IMG/VR virus record: IMGVR_UViG_2788500220_000014
Location: 1 to 64,000 of that record
From: a virus
Taxonomy: Duplodnaviria; Caudoviricetes
Direction: 5' to 3' (one strand)
DNA length: 64,000 nt
Shown piece after piece: positions 53,118 through 62,571 of the stretch (position 1 is the stretch's first letter; the number at the start of each line of letters is the position of its first letter). The notes under the pieces are model-generated. The model did not search any database and was not told the origin of the DNA. It saw nothing but the letters and a program-made list of their open reading frames with translations. Made by a program: the position numbers and the translations under genes.

Positions 53118-53349
53118 CTTCTTTTTGAGACTTTTTGCTCCACTTATCTTTGGGCATTAATTTTTCAATTCTGAAGCTTAAAGCTTTCATACCATTAACA
53201 GTAGGCTGTCCAAGGTCATCTACACCTATTTCTTTAACTGTTGTTCTTTTATTTTTAAAACGACCGGTAAGAATAATGTCACCCTTTTCTAAATCTAGCT
53301 CTAACATTTCCCTTATTATCATTCTTAATTGACGCTCAGTAGTCTTCAT
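53098..53349 (-). CDS. Leader-array gene (MKTTERQLRMIIRE) with SH3-like payload
   Basis: Shared leader; LEKGDII motif. Confidence 0.75.
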   Translation of the reverse strand: MKTTERQLRMIIREMLELDLEKGDIILTGRFKNKRTTVKEIGVDDLGQPTVNGMKALSFRIEKLMPKDKWSKKSQKEDEDENK

Positions 53350-53872
53350 TGTGGTGCCTAATTGTAAGAGCATGTTCCAATGATTGCTCAAGTTCTTTAG
53401 TAATCCCTGTCAGAGCGTTGTATATTGCACCTAGTACTTTAGGGTCGGGCTCACCATGTGGACCAGCATATCCGAGCTCTGCTACAAGGTCCATTATTTG
53501 TTGATATGCATCCTCATACGTAGTCTGATCTGCACCATCGTAGCCATATGGCCCTTTTTTGAGCTCTTCTTTGATATTTTTAATACGCCTGGAATATTGC
53601 TTAATTGCATTTTCAGCAGCATAAAGGTACGGGCGGCTATAGTCTTTAGCAGGCATGCCCTCTTTTTCCCTAATACTATCTATATCATTTCGAAGTGAAA
53701 GAAGATCTTCTATAGAGACATTAATATCATCGCTAGCGCCCATGGGACTAAGAAGCTGACCGTTTATAAAAGACACCAGCCTATCTTCACGCGATTCAAG
53801 ACTTTGAAGGCTTGGCATGCCCACCATCGATTCTCTAATAATTTTCCTAAGCTGTCGTTTTGTAATCTTCAT
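53336..53872 (-). CDS. Leader-array gene (MKITKRQLRKIIRES)
   Basis: Shared leader. Confidence 0.8.
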   Translation of the reverse strand: MKITKRQLRKIIRESMVGMPSLQSLESREDRLVSFINGQLLSPMGASDDINVSIEDLLSLRNDIDSIREKEGMPAKDYSRPYLYAAENAIKQYSRRIKNIKEELKKGPYGYDGADQTTYEDAYQQIMDLVAELGYAGPHGEPDPKVLGAIYNALTGITKELEQSLEHALTIRHHNEDY

Positions 53873-54169
53873 TTACCTGCGGTTCCTTGTTGCCGGTGAA
53901 GTATGATGTTCTTCAGGGGGAATGGTCTTAGACTGCCTAACTTCTCTAGCGACAACCTCTAGAGCATGTGCAATACTCTCAACATATATAGGATTAATCC
54001 ATACATCTTCGCCGATCATATCCTGAGAAAATTCTTCCTCGATGTAGTTCCAAACTCCATTTTGTACGCCACGTGAGATGCCCTCTTCAACATCCGGGCT
54101 CATCTCAGAAAGAAGGCGCGCTTTCTCTTCTTTAATGATTCTTCTTAGTTGTCTCTTTGTGGTTCTCAT
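53873..54169 (-). CDS. Leader-array gene (MRTTKRQLRRIIKEE)
   Basis: Shared leader. Confidence 0.8.
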   Translation of the reverse strand: MRTTKRQLRRIIKEEKARLLSEMSPDVEEGISRGVQNGVWNYIEEEFSQDMIGEDVWINPIYVESIAHALEVVAREVRQSKTIPPEEHHTSPATRNRR

Positions 54170-54210
54170 AATGTTATTTCCTTAAGTCCCGGTGCATCCC
54201 AACTGGGTGG

Positions 54211-55005
54211 TTACCGGCCTGCTGCCCGGGTGAAAATCTTGATTATCTCTGATAGCGCATGCGCTTCTTCATCATTGGCCGGAGGTTCATAAAAATAATA
54301 TTCTCCGATCCACCGAGTTCCGTGTGGGCCTGGAGAAGGGGAGACAGCTTCGGCCATGGCTAAAATAATCTTGAGTACCCCTACCTGGGTCGGCTCCGGC
54401 GGATCCTCTGGTAAATCTTTACTGAAACTGCCACCATAACCTTCGGTGCTCATAGTATATTCAACGGCTTTAGAGATGTACCCTAGAATTCCACTGGCCC
54501 CATGTCGCTCTAAAACATCCTGGTATCGGTTATCCTGAGGGCCTTTGAATGCTTTATGAAGATGAAAATCGAATTGCCTTGCAGTTGCTAGATCTGTCTG
54601 ATATTGATCCACATCAGCCTTGCCGCGTCCAGAATCCCACCAGCTCCCCTTGAACCATGCAGGTGTAGATATACTCTTCCTACCCTTCTTCCTGCCCTTC
54701 TTCCTGCCCTTCTTCCGAGGAAGAGTGGCAGCCAAAGTATCTAACCAGCCTGGTTGATTATTGGATATCCAGTCTAATTGTTCATCCCAATCCAGGTCTT
54801 GTTCATATCCCGGGATTTTTTCCCATAAACCTGCATTAACTAAGTCATCTGCCAAAGCATTAGCGCCGTCGGTCATTGAATGCATATCCGATATTTCATC
54901 ATACTTTGCATATAACCTATCATATGCTGGCCCGCCACCCTCTGAAATGACCCGGGCCACTTCTTCTTTAATGATTCTTCGCAGTTGGCACTTGGTAATT
55001 TTCAT
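54211..55005 (-). CDS. Leader-array gene (MKITKCQLRRIIKEE) with an internal RKKG x3 repeat
   Basis: Shared leader; 12-nt tandem repeat at about 54676-54717. Confidence 0.8.
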   Translation of the reverse strand: MKITKCQLRRIIKEEVARVISEGGGPAYDRLYAKYDEISDMHSMTDGANALADDLVNAGLWEKIPGYEQDLDWDEQLDWISNNQPGWLDTLAATLPRKKGRKKGRKKGRKSISTPAWFKGSWWDSGRGKADVDQYQTDLATARQFDFHLHKAFKGPQDNRYQDVLERHGASGILGYISKAVEYTMSTEGYGGSFSKDLPEDPPEPTQVGVLKIILAMAEAVSPSPGPHGTRWIGEYYFYEPPANDEEAHALSEIIKIFTRAAGR

Positions 55006-55406
55006 TATACTTTATCCCTTTTCGAAAGTACTGATACTCCAATTGCAGAATATATTTCCGGACCTACATGGTGATTAACTTGTTTAAGCTTTATACCCTG
55101 CCAATTAATCGGGGGCTCCAAATAATCAGTCGGAGGAAGTGCTGCACCCTCCGCTTTTAAAGCTTTCCATGCTATGTCCCTATCAGACTTGTCATCAAAA
55201 ATAACCATGTTTCGAATAGAGAACATCGTTTGCCCGCCTTTGCCTCTTTCTGATCGTTGTCCGGATTTTGGAAGGTTATTTAGAGGCTGGCCACCAAAGC
55301 GGTCTGCTATAGCAACAGTTGCAGACCCTACATCCCATTGATTTTCTGAAAGCATTTCAAGTTCTTCTTTAATGATTCGCCTGAGTTGTCTTTGAGTAAT
55401 TTTCAT
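55005..55406 (-). CDS. Leader-array gene (MKITQRQLRRIIKEE)
   Basis: Shared leader; ATGA overlap. Confidence 0.8.
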   Translation of the reverse strand: MKITQRQLRRIIKEELEMLSENQWDVGSATVAIADRFGGQPLNNLPKSGQRSERGKGGQTMFSIRNMVIFDDKSDRDIAWKALKAEGAALPPTDYLEPPINWQGIKLKQVNHHVGPEIYSAIGVSVLSKRDKV

Positions 55407-56389
55407 TTTAAAATCCCAGCCAACCTTTGCCATTTTTCGATAAGTAGATCATCCCTGGTTTTTCTTGACTCTGTTTTTGTTGCATTTCCAAGAGCATTTC
55501 CAAGAGCAGTAAGAAACTTAAGTGTGCGTTTCTCATCACCAAGAGATTGTAGATCAACTTGTCCTGCAGTGCCTAGTGATGCTGAAGGATCGTTCAACAT
55601 CGTTGCTGCCCACCGATGATGGCCATCAAGGATCTCTCCGTTCGTACCTGCCCAAGCATCTAGATCACCCCCTGCAATTTGGTTTTTTGGGTTCATTGCC
55701 ATCCCTAGGGCCTTGTATATAAGAATATTTGATTGGGTTGGTATAGCATCGCTTGCAGGAACTGATCCACCCTTAACAACCTTGATATCATCATCATCTT
55801 TATTCCCATCATTTTCTTCATGGCCGGATGTCATAAATTCTTTAGATTCAGCGTCATCCATACCTACAAATGTATTGGGCGCAGGAGGTACATTAAACTT
55901 TCCCCTCTTAAGATTTACTTTTCTTTCCTTAAGGGCCCTGATGTTTGATACATCATTCTTTTGGACGGCTTCATTGTGTGTGTCAATATTAAACTTGCCT
56001 CCAGGCGAAAGAGCATCAACTACTTGATCGACTGAACCTTTGGCATCTTCCGGGCCAGGAAGAAACGGCATGACAGACTTAGGTAATCCAGAAGTTGGTA
56101 TTTTTGATGCCAACGTTTTGATTCTAGAAGCAACTTCCTCAGGTCCAATTTTTTCTACCCACTCCTTTGCCTGTGCACCGTTAGTAGCGAACCACTGGCC
56201 TTGAGTTGATTTAACAATTGGGGCATTATCATCTCCGGAAAGTAGCTGATTTACTATTTCGATTGGGTCAACATCTTTAACATTTGTTGACTTATCAACT
56301 GCGTCGCCCCGAGGAGCATCACCAATTTTACCGGTTGATTTCTCCTCTTCTTCAAATAAGATACTTACTAAGCTTGGAATTTTTTTCAT
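55403..56389 (-). CDS. ParB/Srx-like domain protein embedded in the leader array
   Basis: AIPTQSNI...ILDGHHRWAA ParB-N motif; C-terminal EKWQRLAGIL. Confidence 0.78.
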   Translation of the reverse strand: MKKIPSLVSILFEEEEKSTGKIGDAPRGDAVDKSTNVKDVDPIEIVNQLLSGDDNAPIVKSTQGQWFATNGAQAKEWVEKIGPEEVASRIKTLASKIPTSGLPKSVMPFLPGPEDAKGSVDQVVDALSPGGKFNIDTHNEAVQKNDVSNIRALKERKVNLKRGKFNVPPAPNTFVGMDDAESKEFMTSGHEENDGNKDDDDIKVVKGGSVPASDAIPTQSNILIYKALGMAMNPKNQIAGGDLDAWAGTNGEILDGHHRWAATMLNDPSASLGTAGQVDLQSLGDEKRTLKFLTALGNALGNATKTESRKTRDDLLIEKWQRLAGILK

Positions 56390-56859
56390 CCTGATGTCCT
56401 CATCGGTCCTTCAATTATTTCATTTAAAAATGCCACAAAATTCTTAGCACTTTTCTTATCGTGGATGCTAAGTGCTTTTTTATCATCGACATATATTTCC
56501 ATGGTCAGACCATCCCATGTCCACGCAGCCTTAATATTACCAATCCCGATTATGTCCTCTTCCCTAACTGGATCCCGCGGGCCAGATTGTTCTTTTTTCT
56601 TTTTGCCCCAAAACTCAGATAATTTACGAATTTCTTCTTTAATAAGTGCAGAAGGATCATGACGGCGCATACCAGAATCCCACCTAACCGAAATTTGCCT
56701 GTCTCTTTTATTTGATTTTGCAACAACACGGCCAACACCAAGGTGCGCATCGTCCTTATGGCGAACGATATCACCTACCGTGATGTTAAACGTAGGCCTA
56801 GACTCTGAGAATAATTCTTCTCTAATAATCTTTCTTAGTTGATGCTTGGTAATTTTCAT
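56386..56859 (-). CDS. Leader-array gene (MKITKHQLRKIIREE) with SH3-like payload (ITVGDIVRH)
   Basis: Shared leader plus a second LIKEEI..LSE internally. Confidence 0.8.
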   Translation of the reverse strand: MKITKHQLRKIIREELFSESRPTFNITVGDIVRHKDDAHLGVGRVVAKSNKRDRQISVRWDSGMRRHDPSALIKEEIRKLSEFWGKKKKEQSGPRDPVREEDIIGIGNIKAAWTWDGLTMEIYVDDKKALSIHDKKSAKNFVAFLNEIIEGPMRTSG

Positions 56860-56860
56860 C

Positions 56861-57205
56861 TTACCATTCTCCGGTGTCATTGCCATCTTCATCTAGCATT
56901 ACAGCATATTCTTCAAGCTCTTCATATGTTGTAGCCATAGTAGTAGAAAAACTATTCGGATATTCATCAGATGCAGCAGCTGACATTATATGGCCATACC
57001 AATAGCGGAACGCCCTGGCTTCAATCGACCTATCTGGTACTAGCTTGGTAATCTCGAGCGCTTCTTCTGTTAGTACTTGAATCTCTTGCATGATATCCTT
57101 AAATCGATATAGATCATTCTCATCTAGGCCCTCAAATTGCTCTTTAAGAATACGAGATTTTTCCTCACGAATTATTCTTCTTAACTGTCGTTTTGTAATT
57201 TTCAT
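56861..57205 (-). CDS. Leader-array gene (MKITKRQLRRIIREE)
   Basis: Shared leader. Confidence 0.8.
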   Translation of the reverse strand: MKITKRQLRRIIREEKSRILKEQFEGLDENDLYRFKDIMQEIQVLTEEALEITKLVPDRSIEARAFRYWYGHIMSAAASDEYPNSFSTTMATTYEELEEYAVMLDEDGNDTGEW

Positions 57206-57507
57206 TATCGTAACCCAAACTCTATAAGCTCTTCAGCATCATCAATAATCGTGCCAAGATAATCTGACAACTCTGGGAACAGTTCATAAAGAGATTCTTC
57301 CACCTCTTCGCGATCGCCTCCACCCTTAAAGATATTAACAGCTGTATCCCTGGCTTCCATTTCTATGTCCATGATCTTGGGTTCCCAGCCACCCTCAGGT
57401 TCTCCATACATGGTACCATCATGTGGATTAGCCTCACGATCAATAAAGAAATCTTTCTCAATAGTTTCCTTGATGATTCTTCTTAGTTGCTTTTTTGTAA
57501 TTTTCAT
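57205..57507 (-). CDS. Leader-array gene (MKITKKQLRRIIKET)
   Basis: Shared leader. Confidence 0.8.
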   Translation of the reverse strand: MKITKKQLRRIIKETIEKDFFIDREANPHDGTMYGEPEGGWEPKIMDIEMEARDTAVNIFKGGGDREEVEESLYELFPELSDYLGTIIDDAEELIEFGLR

Positions 57508-57508
57508 T

Positions 57509-58297
57509 TTAAAGTTCCCTGTATATATCTGCTAATGCTTGCTTCAAATACTTTCGGCCATTTTCCCCTAGCTCAGCAAATAATTGCGATAAAATCTCCT
57601 TTACAGAATCCTTATTGTTCGCTGCGTCAATAGCAACTAGAAGAGGTTGTACGCCACTTTTATCTAGTGCAATGTCTGCTTTTTTTCCTGCAGCAGTCTT
57701 TGATTCTGCACCGGCATCAGCAGAAGCTTCATCTTCAGGATTTTCTTTAAGAATTTCTTCTCTAATAATTTGCCGTAAGCGGCTTTTCGTTATATTCATT
57801 GCTTTATTCTCCCATTGTCTTTGTGCACTTTTTGTTTTTAGACGTTTACCCATTCCAGATCTCTGAGGTACTTTTTCATAGTCTAAATCTAATCCAGGTA
57901 CCTGTAGGGCTGCTAGCTCCTGTCGCTCTTTTTCCCACTCTGCTTCACGCTCAGCATTAAATGCATCATCTTCTGCCATAGCTTCAGCTTCACGATCTAA
58001 GTCATCAATCGCCGCTTGAACTTGTGCGACTGTCTCAAACCTTGCCCAACGTGGTCGGATACCATGAAGCGATTTGAATGCGTCTGAGTACGTCTGAGAT
58101 AAGATCTCAAAGGCTAACTCTTCTCCAGTTGTAATACCTCTCTCTTCCCAAAATGACTGATCTGTAACAAGGGTCATACCATATAATCCTGGGCCAGCTT
58201 GGGCATTAATTTTCTCAGCTTCTTCCTGTGCAGTAGGTGCAAAGCCTGACATAGCTTCACGAATTATCTTCTCTAGTTTTTTGCGACTAATTCTCAT
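57509..58297 (-). CDS. Leader-array gene with two leader copies (MRISRKKLEKIIRE; internal MNITKSRLRQIIREE at 57799)
   Basis: Seen in the translation. Confidence 0.8.
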   Translation of the reverse strand: MRISRKKLEKIIREAMSGFAPTAQEEAEKINAQAGPGLYGMTLVTDQSFWEERGITTGEELAFEILSQTYSDAFKSLHGIRPRWARFETVAQVQAAIDDLDREAEAMAEDDAFNAEREAEWEKERQELAALQVPGLDLDYEKVPQRSGMGKRLKTKSAQRQWENKAMNITKSRLRQIIREEILKENPEDEASADAGAESKTAAGKKADIALDKSGVQPLLVAIDAANNKDSVKEILSQLFAELGENGRKYLKQALADIYREL

Positions 58298-58306
58298 GTT
58301 ATCATC

Positions 58307-59683
58307 CTAATCATAATATGGCATCATCGGTGGACCCTGGGGCGGCCGGCGGCCCAAGGTTTTTCCTGCTCTTCTGTTCAGGAAGTCTAAAAATTTTGGA
58401 ACATCAATCTGATCTTTTGGAACAGCCACCTCACCAACACCATGTGATATACTATCTGGTGCGGAAAGCCTTATATACCTCTTATACTCTTTCCATCCTA
58501 GGGTCTTTAAATCCTCAGGGGTGACCGTGGATGTAAAATGGTTTGCCAATAGTTCTAGCCATTCTTTATCTGGGTCAGATGTTATAGCACTACTTTGTCG
58601 AGCTTTTTCTATTTTCCACGCTTCATTTTCTATTGCATCAGTGTCACGACGTGTCACACCATTGCTGTACAATAGATCTGCTAGTTCACTATCATCTAAA
58701 AATACTGGTAAATCAGACCACCCAAATATTGGCAATAATATCTCTGCAGCCTCCTTATATTTTTTTGCTTTGGCAAGTGGAACTACGACAGCTGCAATTT
58801 CATCATCACTATTCTTTGCAGTAAGGGTTTCATTAATGATCCCTGCTATCTTTAAAATCCTATTATATGAAGCGGCAATCGTTTCTTTAGCAGGATCTTC
58901 ACCTGATATCCATTCTCCATATTTCTTAATATATTTTGAGACTCCGTTGCTAATTCCTGTGTATACTGTATCAGCAACAATATCCTTGAATATCTGTTTA
59001 CTAGGCCGGCTATTACCATACCCAAAACTATAAGAGCTCTTATTTTCATCTGGCAACGAGCTATATAAATCCGCAACTTCCTTACTGTCAGCCCACTCGG
59101 TATAGCCTGATGCGATATCTGCTGAGGCATCTTGCCCGTATTGAAGCACATAATCTCCGGGGCTATCCCATTGTTGGTAGCTGCTTCCATCTTGCCACAT
59201 CTTAGGATTATTATAGGCATCATGCATAGTATCCATGGCCCAATCTTCTCCGCCGGCTTCAGCATCATTCAATATTTTTTCTTTGAGAGCTTCATATTTT
59301 TCTTCAGCTTCTTCTTCCTGGCGCTTTTCTTCAGCTTCAGCTTCATCTTCCCTGGCAAAATGCGCATCCCAGTCGTAGTCGGGATCTGACTCATCTGTAA
59401 TCGGGCCTTTTTCTTCAGGCTCTATATACCACTGACTGTCTGGGTACCACTCTTGCTCTTCCATGGATTCACCAGCTGGAATCATCATTTCAAATGATTC
59501 CGGATCTTCAACATCTGTCTCTACCTGATCACCTGGTTCGAGCTCATCCAAGAACATCTCCATATCAGCAGTCGTTTGAAATTCTGGAACAGTATATCCT
59601 GCATCATACTCTTTAAGAAGTCTTTTTGCACGGATCACTTCTTCCTTGATGATTCTTTTCAGTTGTCGTTTTGTGATTTTCAT
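58307..59683 (-). CDS. Large acidic leader-array gene (MKITKRQLKRIIKEE) with internal NRILKIAGIINE
   Basis: GAGGA RBS before ATG 59683. Confidence 0.8.
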   Translation of the reverse strand: MKITKRQLKRIIKEEVIRAKRLLKEYDAGYTVPEFQTTADMEMFLDELEPGDQVETDVEDPESFEMMIPAGESMEEQEWYPDSQWYIEPEEKGPITDESDPDYDWDAHFAREDEAEAEEKRQEEEAEEKYEALKEKILNDAEAGGEDWAMDTMHDAYNNPKMWQDGSSYQQWDSPGDYVLQYGQDASADIASGYTEWADSKEVADLYSSLPDENKSSYSFGYGNSRPSKQIFKDIVADTVYTGISNGVSKYIKKYGEWISGEDPAKETIAASYNRILKIAGIINETLTAKNSDDEIAAVVVPLAKAKKYKEAAEILLPIFGWSDLPVFLDDSELADLLYSNGVTRRDTDAIENEAWKIEKARQSSAITSDPDKEWLELLANHFTSTVTPEDLKTLGWKEYKRYIRLSAPDSISHGVGEVAVPKDQIDVPKFLDFLNRRAGKTLGRRPPQGPPMMPYYD

Positions 59684-59981
59684 TATATTCCTCTTCCGGT
59701 ATGCTACTTTCGACGTCATCAGCCAAGCCACGGAGGTCGGCAGCTAACTCATGCCATTCCGACGGATTCGTTTGATCCATTGCTTGATTTATTATGTCAG
59801 CAAGGGTATGCCATAGTGGTTGATCATAAGAGCGGCCTTTAATCTTAACGCTTGAAAGGCTTCCTCGTTGAGCATCCATCTTTGCTGCTGCGATCCCCAT
59901 ATCAGCAGGAGTCATTTCATTTATTAGCTTAGAATGTTCTTCTTTAATGATTCTTTTTAATTGTCGTTTTGTGATTTTCAT
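59613..59981 (-). CDS. Leader-array gene (MKITKRQLKRIIKEE)
   Basis: Shared leader; 3' end runs ~70 nt into the next gene in another frame. Confidence 0.78.
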   Translation of the reverse strand: MKITKRQLKRIIKEEHSKLINEMTPADMGIAAAKMDAQRGSLSSVKIKGRSYDQPLWHTLADIINQAMDQTNPSEWHELAADLRGLADDVESSIPEEEYNENHKTTTEKNHQGRSDPCKKTS

Positions 59982-60736
59982 TAGTCTAACCTTACGTCAA
60001 TAATATCTGGCACCATACGCTTAAGTTCTCGTAAACCAGCTGGATACATACTTCCAGGCATCTCAACTACTATGTCGATTGCCGTACCGTTATCACCTAG
60101 TTCCATTACAACACCTGACATTTCGTCACCAGGTTGTATTCCGCCATATTCATCTTCATAATCTTCCCATGCATCGAAGCCCATATAGAATGTACCACTG
60201 CTTGGGCTGTAGCCAAGATAAGACTCCTGCCCTTCGCTATATCCGGATCGTTGAAGATACTGCCAGGCCTCACCAACACCGGGGCCCTCATAAAATACCT
60301 GATATACGTTTACTCCATCAACCATTACACCTTCAGGCCAGGCGGCACTAACTTGTTCTTCGGTAACATCTGGATCCGTAAGTTCGGCCGTGATACCACT
60401 CATATTACTTTCAGAAAGCCCTTCTTCTGATTCTGCAGCTGCCTTAAGGGCAGCTTTAGCTCTTGCGCGCCGGGTTTCAGAAGCTTTTCGGGCCCGATAA
60501 TCCGCGGGGGACTCATCACCATACGGATTTTCTCGGCCGTAATAGTCAGCCTGTCTCTCGTTCCGGGTCCGTTGCGCTTTACGTGCACGATAGTCTGCTG
60601 GAGACTCGTCACCATATTCGTTGTCAGGGCCATGGAGTCGATCGTTTAATCTTCTTTGAGCCTCAGGTGAACGTTCAACAAGTCTTGAGATCTCTTCTTT
60701 GATTATTCTTCTTAGTTGTTTTTGTGTAATTTTCAT
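59981..60736 (-). CDS. Leader-array gene (MKITQKQLRRIIKEE) with duplicated YGDESPADYRARKA
   Basis: Shared leader; ATGA overlap. Confidence 0.8.
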   Translation of the reverse strand: MKITQKQLRRIIKEEISRLVERSPEAQRRLNDRLHGPDNEYGDESPADYRARKAQRTRNERQADYYGRENPYGDESPADYRARKASETRRARAKAALKAAAESEEGLSESNMSGITAELTDPDVTEEQVSAAWPEGVMVDGVNVYQVFYEGPGVGEAWQYLQRSGYSEGQESYLGYSPSSGTFYMGFDAWEDYEDEYGGIQPGDEMSGVVMELGDNGTAIDIVVEMPGSMYPAGLRELKRMVPDIIDVRLD

Positions 60737-61179
60737 TCTTTCTGCATCCACTCGTCCCCCCAATCGAGGTCGTCCATCCATGAGTCATCGCCGGCGTCTT
60801 CGTCGTCTTCGTCGTCATCAAAGGTCCCAAGAGCCAATAGGCTATCCCTTAGGTCAGCTGGAGCAGACCCATCATCTATAGCCCAATTAATCTCATCCTC
60901 TACATCGGTGGGATCAGGGCTGCCATCATCAGTCATTTGATCAATACGTTGAGATAGAGGGTGATCTGGGCCCAATACATCCCTTATGTCTTCCCACATA
61001 TAGTCAACAGTGTCAGTCCGGCTCTCATACTGTTCCCAATGTGCATCGGCAGCCAGAAAATAAGGGTGCCTCTTCGGCTTCTTCTTCTTTTTGTTTTTCT
61101 TTTTCTTTTTCTCAATTAGAATATTTCTAGAAATTTCTTCCTTGATGATTCTTTTGAGTTGGCTCTTTGTGATTTTCAT
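60733..61179 (-). CDS. Leader-array gene (MKITKSQLKRIIKEE), poly-Lys then very acidic
   Basis: Shared leader. Confidence 0.8.
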   Translation of the reverse strand: MKITKSQLKRIIKEEISRNILIEKKKKKNKKKKKPKRHPYFLAADAHWEQYESRTDTVDYMWEDIRDVLGPDHPLSQRIDQMTDDGSPDPTDVEDEINWAIDDGSAPADLRDSLLALGTFDDDEDDEDAGDDSWMDDLDWGDEWMQKE

Positions 61180-61457
61180 AGTCTTATCCCCAGGTTCCGA
61201 GCGATTCTTTCAAGCATTCCCTCAAGTTCCTCCGAAGCATCCATTAAATCATAGTCATCGGTACCATATGCTTCTTGCAGTTTATCAGCAAACTCAAACA
61301 TTGCATTTAAAAAGCCCTTTGTCCCATCATGTAATCTCCAGTAATCCTCACCTGATACTGCCATGGACTCATTTTGAAGTGAGGCTCTCTCTTTTTTACG
61401 GTCGCTTGATATTTCTTCCTTGATGATTCTTTTCAGTTGTCGTTTTGTGATTTTCAT
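61176..61457 (-). CDS. Leader-array gene (MKITKRQLKRIIKEE)
   Basis: Shared leader. Confidence 0.8.
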   Translation of the reverse strand: MKITKRQLKRIIKEEISSDRKKERASLQNESMAVSGEDYWRLHDGTKGFLNAMFEFADKLQEAYGTDDYDLMDASEELEGMLERIARNLGIRL

Positions 61458-61458
61458 T

Positions 61459-61695
61459 TTAAAATCCTCCTGCCCTAATTGTATCTGCTATATCGCGATC
61501 TGGTATGCCCATTGCTCGACAGCGCTCAATGCATGCTGTGAGATCGTCTAACGCCTCGAGTTGATCTAGGCTTCGATTTACATATAACTCTTCATCGACG
61601 TCATTGTATTGTTCACCATAACGAGGGGCCTCTTTTAGCAATTTAAGCTTCTCTTCCTTAATGATCCGTTTAAGCTGTCTCTTGGTTATTCTCAT
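61459..61695 (-). CDS. Leader-array gene (MRITKRQLKRIIKEE)
   Basis: Shared leader at ATG 61695. Confidence 0.78.
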   Translation of the reverse strand: MRITKRQLKRIIKEEKLKLLKEAPRYGEQYNDVDEELYVNRSLDQLEALDDLTACIERCRAMGIPDRDIADTIRAGGF

Positions 61696-61696
61696 T

Positions 61697-61798
61697 CTAA
61701 CATTGCCCTTTACAGCTAGTGCAACCGCAACAACCGCAACAGCAACAACAATGACTGTCATTAAATAAATTTGCTAATCTGTGTAATACCTTTTTCAT
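61697..61798 (-). CDS. 33-aa Cys-rich peptide MKKVLHRLANLFNDSHCCCCCGCCGCTSCKGQC
   Basis: AAAGGAG RBS; fills the gap between two array genes; hand-translated. Confidence 0.7.
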   Translation of the reverse strand: MKKVLHRLANLFNDSHCCCCCGCCGCTSCKGQC

Positions 61799-61834
61799 TT
61801 TTAATCTCCTTTTATTGTTGATTGGTAACCTTCA

Positions 61835-62212
61835 TTATACCGGGGTTCCTTCAATTAACCATGTAAATAGATGCCATGGCTCACTTTCATTCCAGTATTC
61901 AGAATATCGATCAGCCCAATCTTCAAAAGCATCAGTAAAATCTTTATTAAGCGCTGCCTTATCTGGTGCGATTGTGCCAGATTCCAGGCCTGATATTACG
62001 TCGGTAAATTGGGATAGATCTCTCTTCATATCATCATACCATGTGGTTGACTTATCTTGTGGATTGATCTGTTCAAACCCATACATCTGATTAACAGTTT
62101 CGTGCCAGGTATCAGGCTCGCGAGGGCCCTGATATGGGTCGTCGACACTATCAAACCACGGGTCAAGTTCTTCTTTGATGATCTGCTTAAGCCGGCTTTT
62201 TGTAATCTTCAC
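61835..62212 (-). CDS. Leader-array gene (MKITKSRLKQIIKEE, GTG start)
   Basis: GGAGG RBS; shared leader. Confidence 0.78.
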   Translation of the reverse strand: MKITKSRLKQIIKEELDPWFDSVDDPYQGPREPDTWHETVNQMYGFEQINPQDKSTTWYDDMKRDLSQFTDVISGLESGTIAPDKAALNKDFTDAFEDWADRYSEYWNESEPWHLFTWLIEGTPV

Positions 62213-62213
62213 T

Positions 62214-62570
62214 TTAATATCCCTCCGGGCGGGCCCATGCAATTATTTCGTCATCCGACATATCTTGTGCCATTACACTCGATGCCTTTGCTGCGGCTAC
62301 AAATTTCCTTGAGTCTCTTTTTGCAAGAGAACCTGGTGAGATCGAAATATCCATCTCAGCAAAGTCTCTAAACCCTAATTCATATGCCATATGATCCAGG
62401 TCAAGTATTCCGATATCCAATGCCTCAGAAAACTCGTACCAATTGGAATCCTTTGGGGGATAGCCATTCACCGGTGATGGTGGGCCGTGCGTACCAGTTC
62501 GATACTCATTAACAATATGGGATACTTCTTCCTTGATGATCCGCTTAAGCTGTCTTTTGGTTATTCTCAT
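62214..62570 (-). CDS. Leader-array gene (MRITKRQLKRIIKEE)
   Basis: Shared leader. Confidence 0.8.
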   Translation of the reverse strand: MRITKRQLKRIIKEEVSHIVNEYRTGTHGPPSPVNGYPPKDSNWYEFSEALDIGILDLDHMAYELGFRDFAEMDISISPGSLAKRDSRKFVAAAKASSVMAQDMSDDEIIAWARPEGY

Positions 62571-62571
62571 T

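Noticed and set aside
61696-61761. Hydrophobic N-terminal extension MTVIVVAVAVVAVALAV of ORF 61459-61761
   Set aside because: It is an alternate frame of the Cys-rich peptide, which has the strong RBS; the array gene starts at its leader (61695).
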